From Nitrospiraceae bacterium (GTDB lineage Bacteria > Nitrospirota > Nitrospiria > Nitrospirales > Nitrospiraceae): a stretch of DNA of 64,000 nt. Where the stretch lies: NCBI GenBank assembly GCA_050246315.1, contig JBFWWG010000003.1, positions 32,001-96,000 on the forward strand. Direction: 5' to 3'. The notes beneath the pieces are model-generated. The model worked only from the letters and a program-made list of their open reading frames with translations, searched no databases and was not told where the DNA came from. Made by a program: the position numbers and the translations under genes. Of the stretch, positions 38,492-48,325 are shown one piece after another. Numbering within the stretch: position 1 is the first letter of the stretch; each line of letters begins with the position of its first letter.

Positions 38492-38555
38492 GGGTTGTTC
38501 CAATGAACGCCCTGATAGTCGAGGAGCGAATCGATGCTACCGGTGCCGGGAAAAG

Positions 38556-38819
38556 CTAGACGGAGCTCTTACCGATCCGGTTCTTTCCGAAACGACACTC
38601 TCGAAGGTGGCGAATGAAATCCATCACCGGAAGGGTGTAGGCCAATGTGAGTAGAGACGAGATCCTGCGCGGAGACGGCACGGAGGTTGACTTGTCTGAA
38701 TGCGCGTCTTTTTCCACTGGTAACCGCATCGCACTGGAACGCGGCGCATATCGGACCTCGACATGGGCCGGCCGGAGCACCCCGCTCACCGCCATCATCT
38801 GCAAGGCCCGTAGCTTCAT
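38556..38819 (-). CDS. Possible small hypothetical protein (87 aa)
   Basis: Open frame co-oriented with its neighbours; no motif and no clear RBS. Confidence 0.3.
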   Translation of the reverse strand: MKLRALQMMAVSGVLRPAHVEVRYAPRSSAMRLPVEKDAHSDKSTSVPSPRRISSLLTLAYTLPVMDFIRHLRECRFGKNRIGKSSV

Positions 38820-38912
38820 TTTAGACTGTTCACGATTTCGACTGATTGGCATTGCGGGCCTCATCACACGCATCGGTCGGAATAAGCGATTCCCACCCGC
38901 CTGACGGTCGGC

Positions 38913-39146
38913 TCAGATCCACAGGATACGTTGGAGATCCTCAGTCAGATCTCGTGGTCGTTGGCAATGACTGCACCGTACATAAACAGCGCTCGTTGCG
39001 CTGCTCGACCCGCTACGAATCACCAACTGATACCGATGCCATCCGCAATGCGGGCAGGGCGTGCCGTCCAACTCGCGACGGATCGCCCCGATTCGTCCCG
39101 GATGTTTTTGCGTGCTCTGTGACCGCCGACCTACAGGTTTCTCCAC
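38913..39146 (-). CDS. 77-aa zinc-ribbon protein
   Basis: AAGGAGG RBS before GTG 39146; CPHCG...x~22...CSHC. Confidence 0.7.
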   Translation of the reverse strand: MEKPVGRRSQSTQKHPGRIGAIRRELDGTPCPHCGWHRYQLVIRSGSSSATSAVYVRCSHCQRPRDLTEDLQRILWI

Positions 39147-39383
39147 GGCAGCCTCCTTTGTGATCGTCGCCGGGATCGGATCGAAGGCTCGCGCATTGCG
39201 TAAGTCCAATACCCGGTTAGGATAGGGAGACGGACGCGAGTGTGCTATTCCGAAGAGGTAGGTAGTGTTATACCGAGGCAGGATTTCTCCTTCTTACCGA
39301 CGCGGTGAGAAGCGGAAAGGAAAGGCGGAAGGAGGAAGCCCGCGCCACACGGCGGCGGGAGACCATCTGCCGGCAGGTCCTGT

Positions 39384-39731
39384 CTAGTCTGCAACGGAAG
39401 CGGCGTAGTGTCGGCTGGCAAGACCATGAATGAGCTGACTCAGCCTGGTTCGCTCGGCCGGCTGCATGGCGAGGAATTCGACTCCGAAGGTTTGCCCTTT
39501 GACCCAACGAATCTTTACCCGATCGACGTTGATCGGCGCCGGTCGATTCGGCACCACCAGACGGAGAGCGAGCGGACTGCCGGCCTGTACCGTGACGTCG
39601 CCATCAATCCGGCACCCTCCCAGCGACATGTCGAAAATGGTGCCTCGCCCCAGGAAGGCGTCTCCCATGAAATGAACCATATACTTGGTCTGAAAACGGC
39701 TGTAATGCCGCGGAGCAAATATGGTGCTCAT
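39384..39731 (-). CDS. Stand-alone PilZ domain protein (c-di-GMP receptor)
   Basis: RHYSR (RxxxR) and DMSLGG (DxSxxG) motifs, IRW..G.TFGVEF; GGAGG RBS. Confidence 0.88.
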   Translation of the reverse strand: MSTIFAPRHYSRFQTKYMVHFMGDAFLGRGTIFDMSLGGCRIDGDVTVQAGSPLALRLVVPNRPAPINVDRVKIRWVKGQTFGVEFLAMQPAERTRLSQLIHGLASRHYAASVAD

Positions 39732-40357
39732 GGGTCCCCTCCTGTCAGCGCAGTCAGGCGCAGGATTCTACCGTGCATTCTCATCTCTTCTGGACAACGC
39801 ATCCTACCGGTTCGGCCTTGCAGAGTGCTATGCATCATTCGGCCACAGGGTTGTACTTCCGAGGGGGAGAGCGTATTCAGGCGCCTCGATGAACCTGGAT
39901 ACTGTGGGTAGTGTGGGACAGGATACCTGGTTACGCTGAGGAGTAGGGGCGGAGACGGAAAGGTGCCCCGACTCTGGTTATCAAGACCTCACCTACCTGA
40001 TTCATGACGTTTCATGAGGAAAACCGCTAAGACGCCGAGCGAGACGGCCACGCGGAGCCACGGGGAAGGAAGACGGACTTGAAACAGTAGGTCGTCCGGC
40101 CGAACATCGAGCGCCCGCTCGGATGCGGGGACCCGGCAGCCAAGATTGGCACACCGGCGCATCGGCGATAGCAGCAGAAGCGGTCATGGATACTGTGGGC
40201 TCAGCCGGCGGCTACGGCTACAGGCCCGCCGGGGCCGGTGTCACAGCAGGCCCCCAGATTCGGCGGACGCTTACCAGTATTCAGCGAGCGGTATCGGGCC
40301 AGCACAAGAGCGGGGAGAAGCTTGATCCTGGTTGTTGTGGCGCCCCACCGATCCAAA

Positions 40358-41389
40358 CTAATTCTGCTCGAAGAAATACTTAAAACTGATGTTTGGATAA
40401 ATGGCTCCGATGTCGTCTTGTCCAGCGACAGTGAACATCACTCCGATGGCGCCGACCAGTTTGGCCCCCGATTCATAACGTGAAAAAGTGTATTCAAGGC
40501 TCGGCTGAACGCCGACGAGCCAGAAGGAGGCCGGGGTCGTGTTGACGGGATGACCGTCTAATCTGCTGGCCAGTTGTTGCAGAGTCGTCACCTCAATGAG
40601 ATAGCCGAATCCGGTACGCTCATTGAGGACGTGTTCAAGCGCCAGGTGCGTGCTGATCAGATCCCCTCCGTAGACGGTCATGCCTGGTTCCGACCCCAAC
40701 CCCGGAAAATTGTACGAGTAGAACACATTGCCGGTGATCCGGAACGGTCTCAGGTTTTTCCGAAAGAGGATGCCTTCCGTCAAGGCAACGGCGTCGAAGC
40801 GGCTAGAGGGCACACGTGACAGCGGCGTGAATCCGCCGGGAATTTCTGGAGTACCGAACCAGTGGTTGGTCGGGAGGGAGAGCTTGCTATAGAAGGCAAC
40901 CGAAGGCCTCCAAGAATCCGGATCTTGCACGATAGGGCGGTACTTGAGAATCAGATTGGTGGTGCCGATCCCCGAACCTGACGTTCGTCCGTCAGGCTCC
41001 GGCGTATCGGAATGCCAGTAGAGGGCAGAGACTCCGGCGCCTACCAGCACATGGCGTGTGAGTCCGTAGTACCAAATGACGGATGGCATGACGGCATCCG
41101 GGCTGAACGGCGCAGCCACAGTCTTTAACGTCGCACTGGTCTGAAACTCGCCGGTCCCAATCATTCCTTGAACATAGGCCCGCACGTACCACTGGCCTTG
41201 CCGGGCAACATCCGCACTCGCGGTAAAGGTCGTGCCGTGAGTCGGCGGATTCCAGCCTTGACGGTACTTGGCCATTTCTTGGTCTGTCGGCACCCAGTCG
41301 AGCGCAGACACTCGCGTCCAATGGGCAAGGATGAGCAGCGCCACCAGTGTTGACCTGACGAACGCAGACCACCGGAGCTCCAGGGACAT
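40358..41389 (-). CDS. Putative outer-membrane beta-barrel (MetA-pathway/'transporter'-like)
   Basis: Signal-peptide-like N-terminus; GSGIG.T.L.LKYR, KLSLPT and amphipathic strands; aromatic-rich C-terminal strand ISFKYFF; start uncertain. Confidence 0.6.
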   Translation of the reverse strand: MSLELRWSAFVRSTLVALLILAHWTRVSALDWVPTDQEMAKYRQGWNPPTHGTTFTASADVARQGQWYVRAYVQGMIGTGEFQTSATLKTVAAPFSPDAVMPSVIWYYGLTRHVLVGAGVSALYWHSDTPEPDGRTSGSGIGTTNLILKYRPIVQDPDSWRPSVAFYSKLSLPTNHWFGTPEIPGGFTPLSRVPSSRFDAVALTEGILFRKNLRPFRITGNVFYSYNFPGLGSEPGMTVYGGDLISTHLALEHVLNERTGFGYLIEVTTLQQLASRLDGHPVNTTPASFWLVGVQPSLEYTFSRYESGAKLVGAIGVMFTVAGQDDIGAIYPNISFKYFFEQN

Positions 41390-41676
41390 CTTCTCCCAAA
41401 ACGAGTAGGGATCTGCCCCTGGATTAGGAGCTTGTCCGTCAACCAACCCACCGCAACGGAGAATTTCTGGCCTCTGACGTAACTCCTGAAGCTCAGCGGA
41501 CATGGGACACGGTCGGTATCCGACTACGGGGACGTAACCCCCGAGAAGGATCTGAGGCAGGCATCCGAACGGTCAGATCAGTGGACTCACGAGAAGCCGG
41601 TCACCGCACATATTTTACAGCGGAAGCGCCAGCCGGTTTCCATCAGGCACTTACCGCCGCTCATCTCATCGAGAGA

Positions 41677-41766
41677 TGGCGGAGGGGGCGAGATTTGAAC
41701 TCGCGGACAGGTGACCCCGTCTCCGGTTTTCAAGACCGGCCCGTTCGGCCACTCCGGCACCCCTCC
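41677..41766 (-). tRNA. tRNA-Ser (TGA)
   Basis: GGAGGGGTGCCGGAGTGG..CCGGTCT-TGA-AAACCGG, long variable arm, GTTCAAATC, GCCA end; 90 nt. Confidence 0.97.
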
Positions 41767-41838
41767 ATACCAAGCTACGCTTGCTCCGCGCGCTCTTCAG
41801 CGGTTTATCGAATCTGACGCGCGCGGAGAAAATTTCCC

Positions 41839-41974
41839 GCAAGCTGCGGAAACACTCGCTTTTTGTGCTTCGACAGACTCAGCACGATCGGAAGACACCA
41901 ATATTTTCCATGAGTGCTCCGTTCGTCCTGAGGCTCTCGAAGGATGAACGGAACGTTGTTCCACACCCTGCTAG
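41839..41974. mobile_element. MITE/REP-like palindromic element, family B
   Basis: Aligns with the reverse complement of 1466-1599, e.g. GCTCCGTTCGTCCTGAGG..CTCGAAGGATGAACGGAA; ends in CTGCTAG. Confidence 0.7.
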
Positions 41975-42045
41975 CGCTTCCTCTATTCTTGTACCAACCT
42001 TCGGTTGAATCGTCAGCGCGATGACACCCTATCGAATGGCATCCG

Positions 42046-43387
<1,342 letters not shown>

Positions 43388-43445
43388 ACCAGGCCCCGCG
43401 CCGCCCCGCTGGTTCCTGATCGGACACGTTCCCTCTCACGCAACC

Positions 43446-43475
43446 TTGACAGACCAACGGATCGAGGAACACCAT
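43446..43475 (+). promoter_or_regulatory. Probable sigma-70 promoter of the radical SAM gene
   Basis: TTGACA-N18-CACCAT ending 6 nt before GTG 43482. Confidence 0.45.
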
Positions 43476-43481
43476 AGGCCG

Positions 43482-44495
43482 GTGCGGACGATTACGAACC
43501 CGCCCAACCCCTATGAGTCGCAACATCGCGACTGGCTCGAAGCGCCGCCGGCTGTGCACGTGCAGGTCTTCGAGGACGACTCCCGAGAGATCCTGACCCG
43601 CAACGAGAGCCCGGACCTGCCGTTTCGATGGAGCGTGAATCCGTACCGGGGCTGCTTTCACGCCTGCGCGTATTGTTATGCGCGCCCGAGCCACGAATAC
43701 TGGGGCTTCGGCGCCGGTACCGATTTTGACTCGAAACTGATCATCAAGCCGGAGGCCCCGGCCCTCCTTCGCCGGACGTTCATGCGGCCATCCTGGCGGG
43801 GCGAGTTGATCGTCTTCTCCGGCAACACCGACTGCTACCAACCGCTTGAAGCGGCCTACGGTCTCACCCAATCCTGCCTGGAGGTCTGCGCAGAGTTTCA
43901 CAATCCGGTCGGCATCATCACGAAAAGCGCACTGATCCAGCGCGATCTCGACCTGCTTCGTCGCCTACGCGACGAAGCGTGGCTCCGCGTCTACGTCAGC
44001 ATCCCGTTTGCCGACGCCGAAACAGCGCGCAAGGTCGAGCCGCACGTGCCGTCCCCTGCCAAACGCCTGGCGACGGTCGAGGCGCTCGCCAAGGCGGGCA
44101 TTCCTACCGGCGTCTCGCTGGCCCCCATCATCCCGGGTCTGAACGACCAGGATATTCCCGCGCTGCTCATGCAGGCGAAGACCGCCGGTGCCGACGAAGC
44201 CTTTTACACACTGCTGCGGCTCTCGGCGAACGTGGAGCCGGTATTCTTGGAGCGTATGGCAGACGCGTTCCCGGATCGTATCGACAAGATCCGCCATCGA
44301 CTCATGGAAGTCAGAGGCGGCAGACTCTCGGACAGCCGCTTCCACTGCCGGCATGAAGGCACCGGCGCCTACTGGAACATGATCGAAAATCTCTTCACGG
44401 TCAGCGCACGGAAAGCCGGCTTCCCGGAGCCGCGCGATGTACCAATTCCACAGACCTTTCGGCGCTCGGCAGTCGGGCAAATGGCGTTGTTCTAG
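43482..44495 (+). CDS. PA0069/Rv2578c-type (SplB-related) radical SAM protein
   Basis: SPDLPFRWSVNPYRGCFHACAYCYARPSHEY, NTDCYQPLE, IITKS, APIIPGLND, C-terminal QMALF clamp-binding-like motif. Confidence 0.9.
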   Translation: MRTITNPPNPYESQHRDWLEAPPAVHVQVFEDDSREILTRNESPDLPFRWSVNPYRGCFHACAYCYARPSHEYWGFGAGTDFDSKLIIKPEAPALLRRTFMRPSWRGELIVFSGNTDCYQPLEAAYGLTQSCLEVCAEFHNPVGIITKSALIQRDLDLLRRLRDEAWLRVYVSIPFADAETARKVEPHVPSPAKRLATVEALAKAGIPTGVSLAPIIPGLNDQDIPALLMQAKTAGADEAFYTLLRLSANVEPVFLERMADAFPDRIDKIRHRLMEVRGGRLSDSRFHCRHEGTGAYWNMIENLFTVSARKAGFPEPRDVPIPQTFRRSAVGQMALF

Positions 44496-44619
44496 TTCAG
44501 TTTCACGCCGATGAGGGCCACCAGTCCGGTGATCCACGCCTCATCGCCTCCGCTCCCTCAAGGGGAGAGGCCAGGGAGAGGGAAATGCAGCAATCTTATC
44601 GCGTAGCGCAGGTGACGTG

Positions 44620-45003
44620 ATGACCCATAACCCCGGATTTCTGAAACTCGTCAATGAGACCCGCGCGCGGATTCGCGAGTGCCTGATCGACGAAGTCAAG
44701 ACCAAGCTGGATCGACACCAGCGATTCCACTTGATCGACGTGCGCGAGGACCATGAGTTCGGCAAGGATCATATCAAGGGTGCCCATCATCTGGGCAAAG
44801 GCATCCTCGAACGCGACATCGAAACCCTCATTCCTGACCGGCAGGCCGAGATCGTGCTGTACTGCGGTGGCGGTTATCGGTCAGCCTTGGCGGCAGATGC
44901 GCTTCAACACATGGGCTACACTCACGTCACCTCGATGGACGGCGGCATCCGAGCCTGGCGGGAAGCCGGATACCCGCTGGAGTCAGGGACCGGGACGAAG
45001 TGA
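44620..45003 (+). CDS. Single-domain rhodanese/sulfurtransferase
   Basis: LIDVRE..E...HI.GA, YCGGGYRS, MDGGIRAW...G.P. Confidence 0.92.
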   Translation: MTHNPGFLKLVNETRARIRECLIDEVKTKLDRHQRFHLIDVREDHEFGKDHIKGAHHLGKGILERDIETLIPDRQAEIVLYCGGGYRSALAADALQHMGYTHVTSMDGGIRAWREAGYPLESGTGTK

Positions 45004-46079
45004 TCGACCTGTCCCGCCGAGACCTGCTCGGCCGTCTCGGGTTCGGAGCCGGACTCTATGCCGCCATTGCCAGGACGCCCCGCTCGTTGCTCGGAACCCT
45101 GCTCTTCGAGCCGACGGCCCCGCTGGTCGAGCCCAAGCCGATTCCTCAAAACCCCTTCGTCAGTGGGTCTCGATCGCTCGTGGCCATCGTGCATGGCCGC
45201 GATCCGCTCACCATGCTGACGACGGGAATGGAGCAGTTGGGAGGATGGGGTCGGTTGCCGGTGCAAGGCAAGCGCGTGCTGATCAAACCCAATGTCGTGA
45301 ACGACCGGCCGCCGCCGTCCACAACCAACCCGCTGGTCGTCGAAGCCGTCATTCAATCGGTCCGATCCGCCGGGGCGGCGGAGGTCATCGTGGCGGACAG
45401 TTCCGGACTCATCCGCTTTCCGACCAAGACCAATCTCGAAGCCACCGGCATGAGGGCCGCCGCGGCACGGCAGGGCGCGACGGTCCTCGCCTTGGAGGAT
45501 CTGGACTGGGTCGGAGTGGAACCGCCGGCCGCGACGGTGCTTCGCCGATACTTTGTTTCGAAGCCGCTCTACGAGGCCGATCTGGTTATCAACGTTCCCG
45601 TGATCAAGACCCATCGGTTTGCCCATTACTCGTGCAGCCTGAAAAATTGGGTCGGGATCGTGCATCCACGCAATCGCCCGTCGGTGACCTTTCTCTCCGG
45701 CCACTGGCATGAACGGATCGCCGAGCTCAACCTGGCCGTGCATCCGCATCTCACGGTTGCCGATGGGACTAAGGTGATGATCGAAGGGGGACCGACAAGC
45801 GGCACATCAGCGCAGGCAGATTTGCTGTTGATCAGCGGGGATCGCGTGGCCCTCGACGTGGTGGCGCTGGCTCTGCTCCGGTCCTACGGGCGATGGCCGA
45901 AGATCATGGAGGGGAGTCCGTGGGAGCAACGACAGATCAAACGGGCCATCGAGTTAGGCCTCGGGGCGATCGGACCGGAGCACCTCACGTTGTCCCCAGT
46001 CTCGACCGAGGGGGAGAGCGATGCGTTCGCCCGACTCGTTGAGGGAGTACGGAAGGATATCGGAACGGGACCAGCCTAA
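45000..46079 (+). CDS. DUF362 family protein with a Tat signal
   Basis: SRRDLL twin-arginine motif; VLIKPN, ADSS, INVPVIKTH, SLKNWVG, DRVALD; GTGA overlap with the rhodanese. Confidence 0.85.
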   Translation: MIDLSRRDLLGRLGFGAGLYAAIARTPRSLLGTLLFEPTAPLVEPKPIPQNPFVSGSRSLVAIVHGRDPLTMLTTGMEQLGGWGRLPVQGKRVLIKPNVVNDRPPPSTTNPLVVEAVIQSVRSAGAAEVIVADSSGLIRFPTKTNLEATGMRAAAARQGATVLALEDLDWVGVEPPAATVLRRYFVSKPLYEADLVINVPVIKTHRFAHYSCSLKNWVGIVHPRNRPSVTFLSGHWHERIAELNLAVHPHLTVADGTKVMIEGGPTSGTSAQADLLLISGDRVALDVVALALLRSYGRWPKIMEGSPWEQRQIKRAIELGLGAIGPEHLTLSPVSTEGESDAFARLVEGVRKDIGTGPA

Positions 46080-46092
46080 ACGATAGGTCGGC

Positions 46093-46644
46093 CTACTTGT
46101 TGACTCGATCGAATTCTTTGATCACCTGATCCGTGAGATCGATCGTGTCCTTGTTGTAGATCACGATCTTGATGGTCTGCTCGCTGCCCTTGTCCACCAC
46201 CAGAGCAAAGCCGCTCTTCTCCGCCACCGTCTGGGTCGCCGAGCTGATCTTCTTCATATACTCGTCCACTAACCCCTTCTGCTTGGCGGCCAACTCCTGA
46301 TTGAATTCTTGCAGCCGCTTCTGATACTCACCGATCTTTGTGCGGAACTTTTCCTGCTTTTCCTTTTTCACGGCATCGCTCAAGGTGCTTTCCTGCTCCT
46401 TGAGCTGTTTCTCCATGCTTTTCAAATCCTCCTCATCCTGCGACAGGAGTTTTTGACGAGCCTGGGCGTATTCCTTAAGCGTATCGAGCGCGCGACGCCC
46501 GGCCTTGGTCTTCTCCAGCACGGTTTGGGGATCGACCACACCCATTTTGAAGTCCGCGGCGACAACCGGCTCAGCCGCAAGCCCTGCCACCCCGCACAGA
46601 ATCAGGATCAATGCCAAGCGTGCAATCCGATCCAGCCAGTTCAT
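46093..46644 (-). CDS. skp: OmpH/Skp periplasmic chaperone
   Basis: Signal peptide, KMGVVDPQTVL, long coiled coil, DLTDQVIK; start moved to ATG 46644. Confidence 0.88.
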   Translation of the reverse strand: MNWLDRIARLALILILCGVAGLAAEPVVAADFKMGVVDPQTVLEKTKAGRRALDTLKEYAQARQKLLSQDEEDLKSMEKQLKEQESTLSDAVKKEKQEKFRTKIGEYQKRLQEFNQELAAKQKGLVDEYMKKISSATQTVAEKSGFALVVDKGSEQTIKIVIYNKDTIDLTDQVIKEFDRVNK

Positions 46645-46706
46645 GCGCACATGCTCCTTTGTCAATGAGTTGAAGCGCGAGGCTCTCATACACAACACTG
46701 CCGGCC

Positions 46707-46736
46707 AGAATAGCGTTCGATTTTGGCCACTGTCAA
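46707..46736 (-). promoter_or_regulatory. Sigma-70 promoter of skp
   Basis: TTGACA-N18-TATTCT. Confidence 0.65.
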
Positions 46737-46771
46737 GCCGGTGACGGAGGGACCCGCAGGGACGGGGTGGA

Positions 46772-48298
46772 TTAGACGAAGTACCTGCTGGTATCGAATT
46801 GATAGGCGGCGTTGTCGACGAGTTGAACGATACTGAACCGGTATTCACCATCGTCCGTCTTCTCAGCCAAATCCAGCTCGGGACCGGCCTCGACGGGATC
46901 GCCGTTGCGGTCCGCAACCATCCGCACGACCGGCCGTTCGGCATTGTCCTTGTCTTGAGCCGGTCGTACGACTACGGCTAGCTCGTTGCTGTCCAACAGG
47001 ACCAAACTGCCGATCGGCACGATCCCGACGCAATTCACGAACAGTTTTAACAGCACCGGATCGAACGACTGGCCGCTCTTGGAAAACATGAACTGGAGCA
47101 CCTTGGCGGGGGTCAACGGTTCGCGCCGATACACGCGGGAGGACGTCATCGCGTCGTAACAGTCGGCGATTGTCACGATCCGACTGGCCACCGACTGTTT
47201 CCACTCGACGGCCAGCTTCGGATAGCCGGAAAAGTCGTAATTCATATGGTGTTCGAAGGAGGCGCCGGCCATGCGATCCGGCACCTGATGAATCCCCCTC
47301 AATTGAATCAAGGTCAGCACACCCTCGGTGGGATGCGTGCGCATGACGGCCCATTCCTCTTTCGTAAACTCGCCCGGCTTGTTCAAAACGTCGAGCGAAA
47401 TGGCGCATTTCCCCACATCGTGAAACAAGGCGGCCAATCCGAGATCCGCCAAATCGACCTTCGAGTAGCCGGCCCGATTGCCCAGCGCCATGGAGAGGAG
47501 CGCGACATTCACGGAGTGGTTGTGCGTGTACTCATCGTGGCATCGAAGCGTGGTGAGTCCCAAGAGGGTCGCCGGGTCCTGCGAGAGGAGATCCACGATA
47601 TTTTGGATCGCACGCTTCGCCTGCTTGAATCCGACCGCGCCGCCGTCACGGGCCTGCTGCATCAGGTTGCCCACGGCCCCGGCGGCCGACATGTAGGAGC
47701 TCTTCGCCGCAGCCTTTTGCTGATTGATTCCGGCCGGATTGAGAAATTTCGGATCCTCCAGCTCGATACCTCTGACGCCTTGCCCCTCCAGTTCCTGGCG
47801 CAGATCCTGGAGGGACTTCAAGGCGGGATCACCGGTGACGAAGACGTGCGCGAACCCTCGAATGTCCTTGGACTCCACCCCGTTCGAGAATGAAATCCCG
47901 CCGACCTTCCAGGCGTTCAGACTGTCGATGACACTCGAAAAGACCGCCATTTGTTGGGCGCTGACTTTCAGATGTTGGTCGCCGATGAACAGAAAGTCAT
48001 TCTGGAGGCGAAGCACCACCGCCGCACTGTGAGCCAGCGTCTTGATCAGCGTGAGCATGCCTTCCACCGGCTTGTCGAGCGCGGCATTCGTCTGACCATG
48101 AATACGGGCGGTCTTGATGAGCGCATTCAACTGGGTGACCAATTGGATTCCCAGCATCAGGATCTGCTGGTCCAGAATATCGCCGGCCTCCGAACCCCTG
48201 GCGATTTTCTGTGTCAGCGACTTTTCATGGGTCAGGAACGGCTGGCCGCCCGCTTCGGAGCTCTCCGTTTGAGGTGGGGATGTCGTGGGCTCAGGCAT
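46772..48298 (-). CDS. HD-GYP cyclic di-GMP phosphodiesterase
   Basis: DEYTHNHSVNV, LFHDVGK, HPTEG, EHH..YDFSGYP, IADCYDAMTSSRVYR, FDP. Confidence 0.92.
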   Translation of the reverse strand: MPEPTTSPPQTESSEAGGQPFLTHEKSLTQKIARGSEAGDILDQQILMLGIQLVTQLNALIKTARIHGQTNAALDKPVEGMLTLIKTLAHSAAVVLRLQNDFLFIGDQHLKVSAQQMAVFSSVIDSLNAWKVGGISFSNGVESKDIRGFAHVFVTGDPALKSLQDLRQELEGQGVRGIELEDPKFLNPAGINQQKAAAKSSYMSAAGAVGNLMQQARDGGAVGFKQAKRAIQNIVDLLSQDPATLLGLTTLRCHDEYTHNHSVNVALLSMALGNRAGYSKVDLADLGLAALFHDVGKCAISLDVLNKPGEFTKEEWAVMRTHPTEGVLTLIQLRGIHQVPDRMAGASFEHHMNYDFSGYPKLAVEWKQSVASRIVTIADCYDAMTSSRVYRREPLTPAKVLQFMFSKSGQSFDPVLLKLFVNCVGIVPIGSLVLLDSNELAVVVRPAQDKDNAERPVVRMVADRNGDPVEAGPELDLAEKTDDGEYRFSIVQLVDNAAYQFDTSRYFV

Positions 48299-48325
48299 TG
48301 GTCATACCGTTCCGACGGCCGCGCA

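Noticed and set aside
37978..41766. Intact integrative element or prophage at the tRNAs
   Set aside because: No integrase, phage gene or att duplication seen; the similarity between the two tRNA-Ser 3' ends is normal paralogy.
41677..41766. Selenocysteine or suppressor tRNA
   Set aside because: The anticodon is TGA (reads UCA, Ser), not TCA.
44556..44584. CCCTCAAGGGGAGAGG..GGGAGAGGG REP-like fragment
   Set aside because: Single partial copy; not enough to call from this window.
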